Positions 17,728-27,095 of a stretch of 64,000 bases of DNA are shown here, piece after piece; within the stretch, counting starts at the first letter, position 1; each line of letters starts with the position of its first letter. This stretch comes from a virus, in IMG/VR virus record IMGVR_UViG_3300033998_000198, positions 1 to 64,000 of that record; one strand, 5' to 3'. The notes under the pieces were generated by a model. It saw only the letters and a list, made by a program, of their open reading frames with translations, ran no database searches and was not told the origin of the DNA. The position numbers and the translations under genes were made by a program.

Positions 17728-20697
17728 ATGGGAGTTAGTAAAATCAAAGGTCACAGAATTGCAGACAAGGCTATAGAAAACAAGCATCTTCATGATAACT
17801 TCAAACTTCCTGAAGACCGTCTTATTCTTAATTATCCTACTCATTCAAATGCCGGTGACCTTACAGAGGCTGAGAAGAATATCCTAACGCAAAGAGGAAA
17901 CGCAGACAGCCTGCATTACCATACCGGAGGTGGCGGCGGACCGAATGGTATATACACAAATGAAGAAAGGGACGTTCAGCTCCTCAAGTTAAGCATGTTG
18001 ATAAACTCAACAAAATACGGCATGGATAAGTCGGTAAAAGATTTGTTTGACGATGATGCATCCATTTATTACGGAATACGTGCAGCAAAAGCTCCTACGC
18101 TTGTCAATATAACTGACGACCCTGCGATAGGAGGATTGTTGCTGCCTAATACTTCATACACTTATGGCATCGTCTATAAGACAATCTACGGTGAAACCGA
18201 CCTTATCAATACTTCTGTTATAACCACAGGAGCCGGTGCATATAATTCTGTTGAGCTTGCATATGAAGACGCTCCGGCAGAAAATACCGGTGCAAAGATA
18301 TTCAGAAGTATAGGCAATGTTCCGAAAATGATTGTCGAGAACGAGAATGTATCAGAGTGGGAAAATCCATATAATTTTGACACATCCATTGACAGTACAG
18401 ATAAAACCAGTGGTCTTGGTTGTTACCGTGTATCTGTTAAAGGATTTAATTCCGGCGGAAACCCGATATACAATGTAACCAATATAGCATTTGGTATCGG
18501 CAAAAGGGCTTTAAATGACGGGCAGCAGTTTAACTCTGTCGTTGGTATCAATGCTCCGTTTGAGTATCTGATCCAGATTAACAACAAGGCGGTAGTCAAT
18601 AAAATGGATATCGTGTGGGACAGCAATCCTGCGAATATTCCTATAGACTATGAAGTCTATTATACAACGGACTTACTGCCTACTGATATAACCAAGATCA
18701 CATGGCATAAGTTTGAGAGGCTTAGTAAATTAAAGAACACTTACAATATACCGTTAAGTGTTTCGACAGACGGTGTGATTAACAACGACTGCATGATAGT
18801 TGGGAACACACGTTCTCTTAATTCATTCTCGTTTAAGTCTGTAAGGAATATTACCGGCATCAGGATTGTTGTAAAGACATTGATGTCAAAATGCATGTTG
18901 ACTGATTTAAGATTGTTTACTGAATTCAATGCAACTAATACAAATATCAACAAAGACTTTGGCGGACCACAAGATTTCAGGGAGTTTAAGACGCTGTGCG
19001 TTGACATGAAATCAAACCTTGCACACAAAGACAACCTTAGAATGGGATTCCTTGCAAGCACCGAGGTTGTTTCATCTGTAGTAAATGAGTGGAGTGTGTC
19101 ACCTAATACTACAGAACAACTGACAGGAAAGATTATAAGACAGTCTATAAGACTTAGCTCACGTAACAGAAACACATATGATAGGATAAGAATTTCATTC
19201 CGGCCAGAACCAAACCAGTACATAAGGATTGAGAATATCTATGTGATGCTGGATACAAGAAATATAGACAACAATACCGGCCTGGCCGATTGTAATGTAG
19301 AAACTATTATCGTTCCTGTCACATTCGATAATGGTTTGCCGTACTTTGATGGCACACCTACAGGTGACATCACGAGCGATTGGGTGTTCATTAAATTCCC
19401 GAATTTGTCGTTCTATACATACAAGGTTACGTTTAAAGTTGTATCTGGTTCGCTGCGTAAGGTAAATCACGCACAGGCTGAGGTTTTCTTGGCTGATGCT
19501 GCACTCTATAGCGGGTATGAAAGTTCGCTTATATGGAACGGATATGTTTCATATACTGCATCATGGGACCAGGCGTATGTGTCAAAGATTGAAATAGGAA
19601 AGAGCAATGCTCAATATCTTGATCTTGACTACTTTGATCCTTCTGTGTCAGAGAAGTGGCACAGGCACTACATTCCTATGCCTACCGGTACTGGAGCTCA
19701 AGATATACGCAAGTTGGTGTTATATTTTAATAACATCCTCAACGACCAGGACGTGTTCCTTGATAATATTAAACTTACAAGGTCAAACAATCTGATTCCT
19801 TCTGCAACTATGACATCAAGTAGTGGATGCTTAAACGAAGATAAGGTAAAGGAAAACAGTAATACTTACTTCTATTCTGACCTGACACCAACAAACGCAG
19901 TACCAAAATCAATTGTTGCTTCGTTTGATACAGCTCAGAATATTAATAAGCTCTTAATTCTGTTTGGAGAAAGGAACAGTGCTGGAAAGAATTATTCGCT
20001 ACAGTACACTGTAGACGGCTCTGCTTCAGCAAACGATCCGTATGATTCACCGAAGTGGCTTCCGATGACAAGCATTATAATTGGTGAAGACGGCATACCG
20101 CAGGAGTTCAAAGGCCGTATCGTAGACAACACGATTTACGATAATAACATCTGGGCAAACCATATAACTCATAAGTTTGCACCGATAACATGCCTAAAAG
20201 TGCGTGTGATTGTCTATGCAACAATTGGTGACCAGCCGTTAAGGATCATGAACATGAAAGTCATGACAGCAGACGATACAGGAGAGATGCATCTTATCCA
20301 TGACAGGAATACTCCGGTAACTGTTGGACAAAAGTTCATTGACGACGGTAAACCTACGCTGCCTGACATTCCAAGCCTGTTTAACACGACAGGAAGTTAC
20401 AATGTCATCTATGATAGTGCTTTAAGGATTGTGAAGCTGATTGACCCAAGCAAGAATGGTGTGCTTCACTTAAAAGAAATAGACTTTGGAGAACTGTTTA
20501 TGAGCTTGATCCTGACATCTCAGTATTCAGGTGAATGTGACTTCTATATAAGTAACAATCACGGCGGCTCATATGTAAAGGTTGACCTTGACAAAGTGTA
20601 TAAGTTCACCACACAATCCCAGCATCTAAGGATCAAGATTGAATTTAAGTCGCCGGATGCAATGGTGAGTGCGATAGCGTTACTATATACTTTATAG
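17728..20697 (+). CDS. Tail fibre/receptor-binding protein with discoidin/galactose-binding-like domains
   Basis: 989 aa; N-terminus paralogous to 16745; beta-sandwich segments such as 'SIVASFDTAQNINKLLILFG...NYSLQYTVD...ITCLKVRVIV'. Confidence 0.55.
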   Translation: MGVSKIKGHRIADKAIENKHLHDNFKLPEDRLILNYPTHSNAGDLTEAEKNILTQRGNADSLHYHTGGGGGPNGIYTNEERDVQLLKLSMLINSTKYGMDKSVKDLFDDDASIYYGIRAAKAPTLVNITDDPAIGGLLLPNTSYTYGIVYKTIYGETDLINTSVITTGAGAYNSVELAYEDAPAENTGAKIFRSIGNVPKMIVENENVSEWENPYNFDTSIDSTDKTSGLGCYRVSVKGFNSGGNPIYNVTNIAFGIGKRALNDGQQFNSVVGINAPFEYLIQINNKAVVNKMDIVWDSNPANIPIDYEVYYTTDLLPTDITKITWHKFERLSKLKNTYNIPLSVSTDGVINNDCMIVGNTRSLNSFSFKSVRNITGIRIVVKTLMSKCMLTDLRLFTEFNATNTNINKDFGGPQDFREFKTLCVDMKSNLAHKDNLRMGFLASTEVVSSVVNEWSVSPNTTEQLTGKIIRQSIRLSSRNRNTYDRIRISFRPEPNQYIRIENIYVMLDTRNIDNNTGLADCNVETIIVPVTFDNGLPYFDGTPTGDITSDWVFIKFPNLSFYTYKVTFKVVSGSLRKVNHAQAEVFLADAALYSGYESSLIWNGYVSYTASWDQAYVSKIEIGKSNAQYLDLDYFDPSVSEKWHRHYIPMPTGTGAQDIRKLVLYFNNILNDQDVFLDNIKLTRSNNLIPSATMTSSSGCLNEDKVKENSNTYFYSDLTPTNAVPKSIVASFDTAQNINKLLILFGERNSAGKNYSLQYTVDGSASANDPYDSPKWLPMTSIIIGEDGIPQEFKGRIVDNTIYDNNIWANHITHKFAPITCLKVRVIVYATIGDQPLRIMNMKVMTADDTGEMHLIHDRNTPVTVGQKFIDDGKPTLPDIPSLFNTTGSYNVIYDSALRIVKLIDPSKNGVLHLKEIDFGELFMSLILTSQYSGECDFYISNNHGGSYVKVDLDKVYKFTTQSQHLRIKIEFKSPDAMVSAIALLYTL

Positions 20698-20709
20698 GGG
20701 TGATGATTT

Positions 20710-20853
20710 GTGGGGTTCCAATTTGAGAAGATAGAGAGCATCGCTACCGTGTTAAAACAGGAGAATGAAGCTCTTAAGGCAGAACTTCAAGCTGCCAAGA
20801 AGCAGGACAGTGGCAATAAAACTACCAAGAGAAAAACCAAAGCTGCAAAATAG
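20710..20853 (+). CDS. Small coiled-coil protein (47 aa, absent from the ORF track)
   Basis: GTG20710 behind AGGGGTG reads MGFQFEKIESIATVLKQENEALKAELQAAKKQDSGNKTTKRKTKAAK to TAG20853 and fills the intergenic gap. Confidence 0.6.
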   Translation: MGFQFEKIESIATVLKQENEALKAELQAAKKQDSGNKTTKRKTKAAK

Positions 20854-20865
20854 GGGGAGATGTAG

Positions 20866-21831
20866 ATGAGAACTTCAGGTAGGCCAACCTATATCGATCC
20901 CGCAAAGACAGGTTATGCAAATCTTAGAGAAGAAATCCTGGATTTGCATAGCAAGTCCGAAGCTCAGGAAGCAGCGTTACAAAACACCGCTACCGAGTTT
21001 GAAGTCATAAAACAGGAAATGCAGGATATAAAGAACCTGGATTTAGAGAATATCAATGCTCCTCTGGTTGCCGAGTTACAGGATGCAAGAGGCGTGTTCC
21101 CAACTGTCAATGACAGGCTGAATTCAATGGCTGCCTATAACATCCTTAACGTCCTGGAGAAACTCACTACCAATCGTGAATATGAATACGATAGTGAAGG
21201 CTATATCGTAAAGGAAATTGTACGAGGCGACCTGAATTATGATATCGTCTACCATTACGATTCCCAACGCAATATAAAGCGTGAGGAAAGGTATGACACT
21301 AACGGGGTTCTTCTTGGATATAAGGATTATACATATGACGATCTTGGACAGATAAAAACCATATCAGGTGAAAATGCCGACGATGTAGCTCTTGCAACAA
21401 ATACACATGAAATGGCTGAACTTCGGATTCGCCTGGCCGCACTTGAATCGATAGATTTCGTGAATCTTGCAAACTCTATTAAGGGTTCAGATGTAAAGTC
21501 TTTGCTGAATTCAATCCAGGAGATTTTAACAAGGGTACAGAACCTTGAGATGTATCTTCCTGGTAACGAGAATAGATTGATTGAAATAGGGAGTGTTCTT
21601 GACAGGCTGGATGCTATAGAACGCCGACTTAATACGAATTACGTAACTTATACTTTTGATGTAAAAAGTGATGTCACAGAATACACCATACCAGACAATA
21701 TTACCGGTAATTATGCAATTTACATGGAAGGTATATTGTTAGACGAAGGCGACGACTATATAATAGAAAGTGGAAAAATAAAGTTCCTAATACCGTTAAT
21801 CGATGATTTTACGGTAACTTGTAGGTACTAA
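20866..21831 (+). CDS. Fibre protein with YD-like repeats, coiled coils and a terminal beta repeat domain
   Basis: 'DARGVFPTVNDRL' hinge; 'EYEYDSEG...YHYDSQRN...YTYDDLGQ' YD-like repeats; one copy of the ~68-aa domain. Confidence 0.6.
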   Translation: MRTSGRPTYIDPAKTGYANLREEILDLHSKSEAQEAALQNTATEFEVIKQEMQDIKNLDLENINAPLVAELQDARGVFPTVNDRLNSMAAYNILNVLEKLTTNREYEYDSEGYIVKEIVRGDLNYDIVYHYDSQRNIKREERYDTNGVLLGYKDYTYDDLGQIKTISGENADDVALATNTHEMAELRIRLAALESIDFVNLANSIKGSDVKSLLNSIQEILTRVQNLEMYLPGNENRLIEIGSVLDRLDAIERRLNTNYVTYTFDVKSDVTEYTIPDNITGNYAIYMEGILLDEGDDYIIESGKIKFLIPLIDDFTVTCRY

Positions 21832-21842
21832 GGGGGTCCATT

Positions 21843-24800
21843 ATGCAGAATAAGATATATACCACTCTTGCGAATATATTCAATGAGCTGAAACAAGCCA
21901 AGGGGTCAAGTGCTTCCTTGGCTGAAGCTATTGATGAAAAGGTTAAAGGCCAGCAGGAGATTGTAGAGGCCAGAGATGGATATGCGACTTTAAATGACAG
22001 ACTGGATGATATGAAGGCAAAGACTTCTGTAAACATGTCTGATATTGGCGTTATTAAACATGATGTCGATATGCTAAAGAATCAGCCTGTCAATACAGAC
22101 CCTGCACCGACAATCGTACAGATGAATGGCAATGAAATGATTGTCAGAATAGAAGACAGGATTACATATAAAGAGGATAATTTTGTACTTCTCCCTGGAA
22201 CACAGAAACTGATAGTAAACGACCAACCAAACGTAATCGTCGACGCATACCGAAAGACCCAGGATATTAACGCAGTAAAAGCCGCAATTGAATATACGGG
22301 TGATGATGTTGTAAAGTATGACAAAGAGAGAAACGTATTGTCAAACAATATGGTAATACCTGTTGCAACAAACAATCTATACAAACTGCCTTTCCATACT
22401 GCTAATGTGTTTTTAACAGAGGGACTTGATTCGTGCCTGATTCCTTATGTTGGCACTTGCATTGCCGATTATGCTGCCAGTCAGTTTAATGAAGACGGTT
22501 CACAGAACTGGAGCAACCATCTTATAAATGCACTTGAGGGAAAAGGTGCTATATGGACAATCAAAAGGTCATTCGTTAATGTGACGTTCTCATTGTTCAG
22601 AGCTATAGAGGTTGCAAGAGTTGCGTCGAAGTTTGCATCAAACAGTACAGTCGGCAAAGTTACTATTCAGATATCAAACGACCAGCAAGTATGGACAACA
22701 TTATACACCGGAAGTGACAGGGATCTTGATTATACTTTACCAACAGTACAGACCGCAAAGTATATAAGGTTCTCATACAACATTTTTGACAACCTGAGAA
22801 CAAACTATCAAATCGATGTCAGCAAGATATCGGTATACGCATATGAATATAACAAAGAATCAGGAGTTATCACAACCGTAAATCCGACACCAATTAACGA
22901 CAGAAGCGAAACTTTGAAGATTGTTCAAAAGAGTCCTACAGCAAAGGACCCATTCCTGATTACAAGATTTGCTATTGCAAACAGTAAAGACAATGGAGAG
23001 AACTGGGTAACTTATATCCCGCAAAGACTGACAGTAATGCCGGATGACTTCTATGACGACCTTGGGTATAAATATGTCGGTGACTCTCTTACAAATAACA
23101 TAAAACTTAACGCAACATCAAAATACCTGTTTAGTAACAAGAATGTATATGTTAATCCTTTACCGACAGTTGATGGTGTTCTTGGTACTGCTACAATTTC
23201 CGAACACGCCAGTAGAACGCTTGATTTAACATGGAAGCCTTATAAATACGTATTTATTAGGGCATACATAAAGATTGATGGGATGGAGTATCAGATTCCT
23301 ATAAGTCCGGACAATCTTAATAGAAATATAAGCGTTGCAATTGCAGGTTATAGCCTTGTGTTAAAGATTACACCACTTAGCAACAAAGTGTTGAAACTAT
23401 ATGTTTGGTCTGAACTTGACAAAGTAATCAGGCTCGATGAAGCAAAGGTTGTAGTAGACAGTGCGTATAGGCTATATTACCCTGAATGGTACGACTCGCA
23501 TGACTATGCTGTTATTTATAGTTCTGCAAGTTCAGTTGACGCAAGAAAATACATCAACGGATATCCTATTGATGAGAATGAAATATATACAAATTATGAC
23601 GTTCATAGATATTCAAGGTGGTATGGTCATTCGTCTGACGAAGGGTCATCTGCCTTTAAAGGTAATGAGTATACCAGCATAGCAATTATTCCGAAAGATA
23701 TGTATGGCGGCGGTGCTTTAAGGTCCTCTGTGACAAAGACAAATGATGGACAGTGGATTACACATACTTATATAAGATCCGGAGCTACACTTCCGGTCTC
23801 AATGTATCTATGCGGAGATAAGGCAGATGTGCTTAATCCTGTAATAGAAAGCGATACCGAAGGAATCACAGGTTCGTCGTTACAGCCAAGGTTTGAGTAT
23901 AAGAAAGACTATACTGCAAAAGTATATATTGCAAACAAGAAGATAGTTGGAATTCATTCAATACAAAGCGTATCGGATATCAGTAATATCCAGTACAGTA
24001 TATCTTTTGACGGCACAAACTTCTACACATATAATAACGATACTTTCCGATGGGACGGAATGTTTGACAGGGGAATGACATATACTGAGCTTAATGCGTT
24101 AAATGACAGCCACTTTGAACAATTAAGAGCTGGTGAATGGCTATACATCAAGGTACGGCTTATATCCCCTGACGCAAAAGTAGACAGCATCCAGATTGAT
24201 TTTGAGAACGATACATTTGTAAGTATTCACGAGAGTGAGATCATCGACAAAGGTATGCCGGCAAGGGTCCTTGAAACAATTAACCCAAGTTCACTGTTCT
24301 CGTATATCACAACAAAGCACTCTGCTATTAAACTGGCTACAGCAGCAATGTCTGTATTACCGATATATCAGTATCAATTGGCCGGGTTTGATTTAATGAA
24401 CTACAATGACTCACAGTGGCAGGAGATAGACCCTACAACTGTAATTAAATACTTGCTGCCGAATAACAATTTTATATTCAAGAATATAACAACATCCCCA
24501 CAACACGTAAAAGTAATGAGGAGGATTGTCAGCAACCAGACTGCTGTAATCGATATGGTTGAAGACGCAAAACAGAAACTTGCGGATCTCGAACGGCAGC
24601 AGAACGAATACAAGGTAGAAACTGATGACAGATTTACCTTGATGCAGCAAAGCATTGATTTAATGTACCAGTCAATGCAAGATGGTACTCCGCCTCCGCC
24701 ACTTCCTTCATTTATATTACCGCAGGTAAGAGAAATCGACGTTCCTGATCTTGCCCCACAGGGGTATTACACTGTGGATAAAGTAGGAGAATTAAGAGGA

Positions 24801-25943
24801 GTACAAGTATGGGAACAAAAGACATCGTATGTGCCGTTCACAGAACAGCTCATTTTCACAAAAGGAAACGAAGATTTGTTCGCAACATATGGTGTTGTTC
24901 TTAAAGATACCGGTGCGGAAATCTTTAGAGAATATGACATCACAAATGTATATGAGGTTCCGATAGGATGGGTGACGAGCAATAATTGGTCCCGGATGCA
25001 GGGAACTTATTTTGATGTGACCATCGATTCTAATGGCGTTAGTACAACTTCAGGTTCTGGGATTGTTGGTCTCTTTAATGACAGCTATCCCACTTTCACT
25101 TTTCAATGGTACGGAGTTGAAAATCTTTACGATTTTCATGAAATCTGGACACTACCAGGCGAAGATAAGCGTATGGTTGATATTATATTAGACTTTAGGC
25201 AATTTAGGTATATCAACTATATGACTGCATGTTTTGGTCAATTAAACGGCAGCCAACAGACTTCATTTTGGGCTTCTAAGGACGGATTAGAATTTCAGGA
25301 AGTTGCAAGATACACTGGAGAAAAGAGGTGGCAATCAATACAGTTTAATCGTGAATTACGGTATATCAGGGTAAGACTTGAAATTCCATATAGTGTAAAC
25401 AGAGGTGCTGGTCGTGTTAGTATCGTAAACATGAATATCTTCTGGTCACCTGTAAACTACTCGTGGGGTAAAGAGTATTATATCTATAATAAAACTCCTA
25501 TAAATACAACTCACTGGCTAAACTTTGAAGGAATTACAGCAGACAGATATATCGACCACAACCCTGCCGAAATGAGATTCCTGTTGTCAGACGACCCATC
25601 ACAGAATATATGGAAGTATTGGAATGGTACAAAATGGATAACAACGCAGTATATTAGGCTCGCAGAGGCTATGTCAATTGAAACGTTACTTTCGCTTACG
25701 AAAGAACAGTTAAATCAACTTGAACGTGGCTCGCTTACAATTGCTGCTATAATGAGAACTGACGATCGGTATAAGACTCCTGTACTAAGGAGTGTTAGTT
25801 TTAAGCATGATGTGACCAATGAAGAATTCTACACTCTTACAGACACAGACACCGTTGACTTCAGGTATTATCCTGAAACAGGACAGTTAACAATCGTGAA
25901 CAACTCCAGTGTTTCACGTAAGTTCAAACTAATTCAAATGTAA
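21843..25943 (+). CDS. Large tail fibre/adhesin with two F5/8 type C (discoidin)-like domains
   Basis: 1366 aa; 'VTIQISNDQQVWTTLY...AKYIRF' and 'FWASKDGLEFQEV...LRYIRVRL' discoidin signatures; internal duplication of a 'YSISFDG..FY.Y...W...GM....L..L' module. Confidence 0.65.
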   Translation: MQNKIYTTLANIFNELKQAKGSSASLAEAIDEKVKGQQEIVEARDGYATLNDRLDDMKAKTSVNMSDIGVIKHDVDMLKNQPVNTDPAPTIVQMNGNEMIVRIEDRITYKEDNFVLLPGTQKLIVNDQPNVIVDAYRKTQDINAVKAAIEYTGDDVVKYDKERNVLSNNMVIPVATNNLYKLPFHTANVFLTEGLDSCLIPYVGTCIADYAASQFNEDGSQNWSNHLINALEGKGAIWTIKRSFVNVTFSLFRAIEVARVASKFASNSTVGKVTIQISNDQQVWTTLYTGSDRDLDYTLPTVQTAKYIRFSYNIFDNLRTNYQIDVSKISVYAYEYNKESGVITTVNPTPINDRSETLKIVQKSPTAKDPFLITRFAIANSKDNGENWVTYIPQRLTVMPDDFYDDLGYKYVGDSLTNNIKLNATSKYLFSNKNVYVNPLPTVDGVLGTATISEHASRTLDLTWKPYKYVFIRAYIKIDGMEYQIPISPDNLNRNISVAIAGYSLVLKITPLSNKVLKLYVWSELDKVIRLDEAKVVVDSAYRLYYPEWYDSHDYAVIYSSASSVDARKYINGYPIDENEIYTNYDVHRYSRWYGHSSDEGSSAFKGNEYTSIAIIPKDMYGGGALRSSVTKTNDGQWITHTYIRSGATLPVSMYLCGDKADVLNPVIESDTEGITGSSLQPRFEYKKDYTAKVYIANKKIVGIHSIQSVSDISNIQYSISFDGTNFYTYNNDTFRWDGMFDRGMTYTELNALNDSHFEQLRAGEWLYIKVRLISPDAKVDSIQIDFENDTFVSIHESEIIDKGMPARVLETINPSSLFSYITTKHSAIKLATAAMSVLPIYQYQLAGFDLMNYNDSQWQEIDPTTVIKYLLPNNNFIFKNITTSPQHVKVMRRIVSNQTAVIDMVEDAKQKLADLERQQNEYKVETDDRFTLMQQSIDLMYQSMQDGTPPPPLPSFILPQVREIDVPDLAPQGYYTVDKVGELRGVQVWEQKTSYVPFTEQLIFTKGNEDLFATYGVVLKDTGAEIFREYDITNVYEVPIGWVTSNNWSRMQGTYFDVTIDSNGVSTTSGSGIVGLFNDSYPTFTFQWYGVENLYDFHEIWTLPGEDKRMVDIILDFRQFRYINYMTACFGQLNGSQQTSFWASKDGLEFQEVARYTGEKRWQSIQFNRELRYIRVRLEIPYSVNRGAGRVSIVNMNIFWSPVNYSWGKEYYIYNKTPINTTHWLNFEGITADRYIDHNPAEMRFLLSDDPSQNIWKYWNGTKWITTQYIRLAEAMSIETLLSLTKEQLNQLERGSLTIAAIMRTDDRYKTPVLRSVSFKHDVTNEEFYTLTDTDTVDFRYYPETGQLTIVNNSSVSRKFKLIQM

Positions 25944-25955
25944 AGGGGATGCCAT

Positions 25956-27044
25956 ATGAAGAAATTATCAATTCCGTACACAAAAGATATGAAGATTCTT
26001 GATTTACTGGGGGACAACCTCCAGTATGTCAAGGAAATCTACTTTCCTTTGCCGTCAAACATTATGGCTTCAGGAAGACCGTACTTTGAAAGTGAAATCC
26101 CAGAATATGCTGCAAAGTACGATAGTGAAATCAAGAGAGCGAAAGATATGGGATTGGATGTGTCTATACTGTTGTCCAAGACTATCATTGACTTTGACAA
26201 TGGCATGGCTTCACTGGTTATGGCCATAAGGGAAATCCAAAGACTGAAGGAAGCCTACAATATTGACAAGGTAGTTGTAGGAAACAACACATTGCTCAGG
26301 ATCTACGGAGAACAGTTAAAGGGTATTGGAGTAAAAGTAGAGATGACTGTCATGACGGATATCGACTGTGTCGATAAGGTAGAACAGATGGTCGCAATGT
26401 ATCCGTTTATTGACTCCATATGCTTGAACAGTACCTTCCTGTTTAACCTGGATGACATCAAATATCTCAGGCAGAAGTTCCCGAACCTCGAATTGAAGTT
26501 GCTCGTAAATCACGGATGCCTTATAAATTGCATGTCGTTTGTGAGTCATCACCATTACCTGTCAAGCGTACTGATTGATCCGAATATCGGGATAAATGAT
26601 CTTGAAAAGTGGAGACTGTTTAGCAACCAGAATGAGATCTTGCGGACATGCAAGACATGCGATCATTACTTCTTCAGCAAAGGCGACGACTTCAATCCGA
26701 TAAGGGAGATGTCCTATCTGCGTCCTGAAGACCTTCATCTGTACGACGATGTCATTACATTGTTCAAGATATCAGGTCGTGAAAGACCGGCAGAACATGT
26801 AGTACACATGATAAAGGCATTCGGGGAGAGAAGCCTGGATGGAGACATGAGAACCATTATAGATCTTCCATATCCTATCTATTACATGGATAACAAATCA
26901 TTCCCGGAGGATTTCGGAGAACACAGAATAAACTGTGGACACAAATGTCACAAGTGTAATTACTGTGACAGTTTGAAAGAGGCTGTAATCCGGCCTGGAA
27001 AAAATACAGATGATAATATACAACAACCCGTCTTTGATGTATAA
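25956..27044 (+). CDS. U32 peptidase-family (Fe-S hydroxylase-like) protein
   Basis: TIM-barrel pattern 'LELKLLVNHGCLINC', 'YLRPEDLHLY...LFKISGRE' and C-terminal CxxxCxxCxxC (C327/331/334/337). Confidence 0.7.
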   Translation: MKKLSIPYTKDMKILDLLGDNLQYVKEIYFPLPSNIMASGRPYFESEIPEYAAKYDSEIKRAKDMGLDVSILLSKTIIDFDNGMASLVMAIREIQRLKEAYNIDKVVVGNNTLLRIYGEQLKGIGVKVEMTVMTDIDCVDKVEQMVAMYPFIDSICLNSTFLFNLDDIKYLRQKFPNLELKLLVNHGCLINCMSFVSHHHYLSSVLIDPNIGINDLEKWRLFSNQNEILRTCKTCDHYFFSKGDDFNPIREMSYLRPEDLHLYDDVITLFKISGRERPAEHVVHMIKAFGERSLDGDMRTIIDLPYPIYYMDNKSFPEDFGEHRINCGHKCHKCNYCDSLKEAVIRPGKNTDDNIQQPVFDV

Positions 27045-27095
27045 TTAAATGAGAACATAATAGGGTAGAGATTAAAATATAAATGGGGTGTCAAA

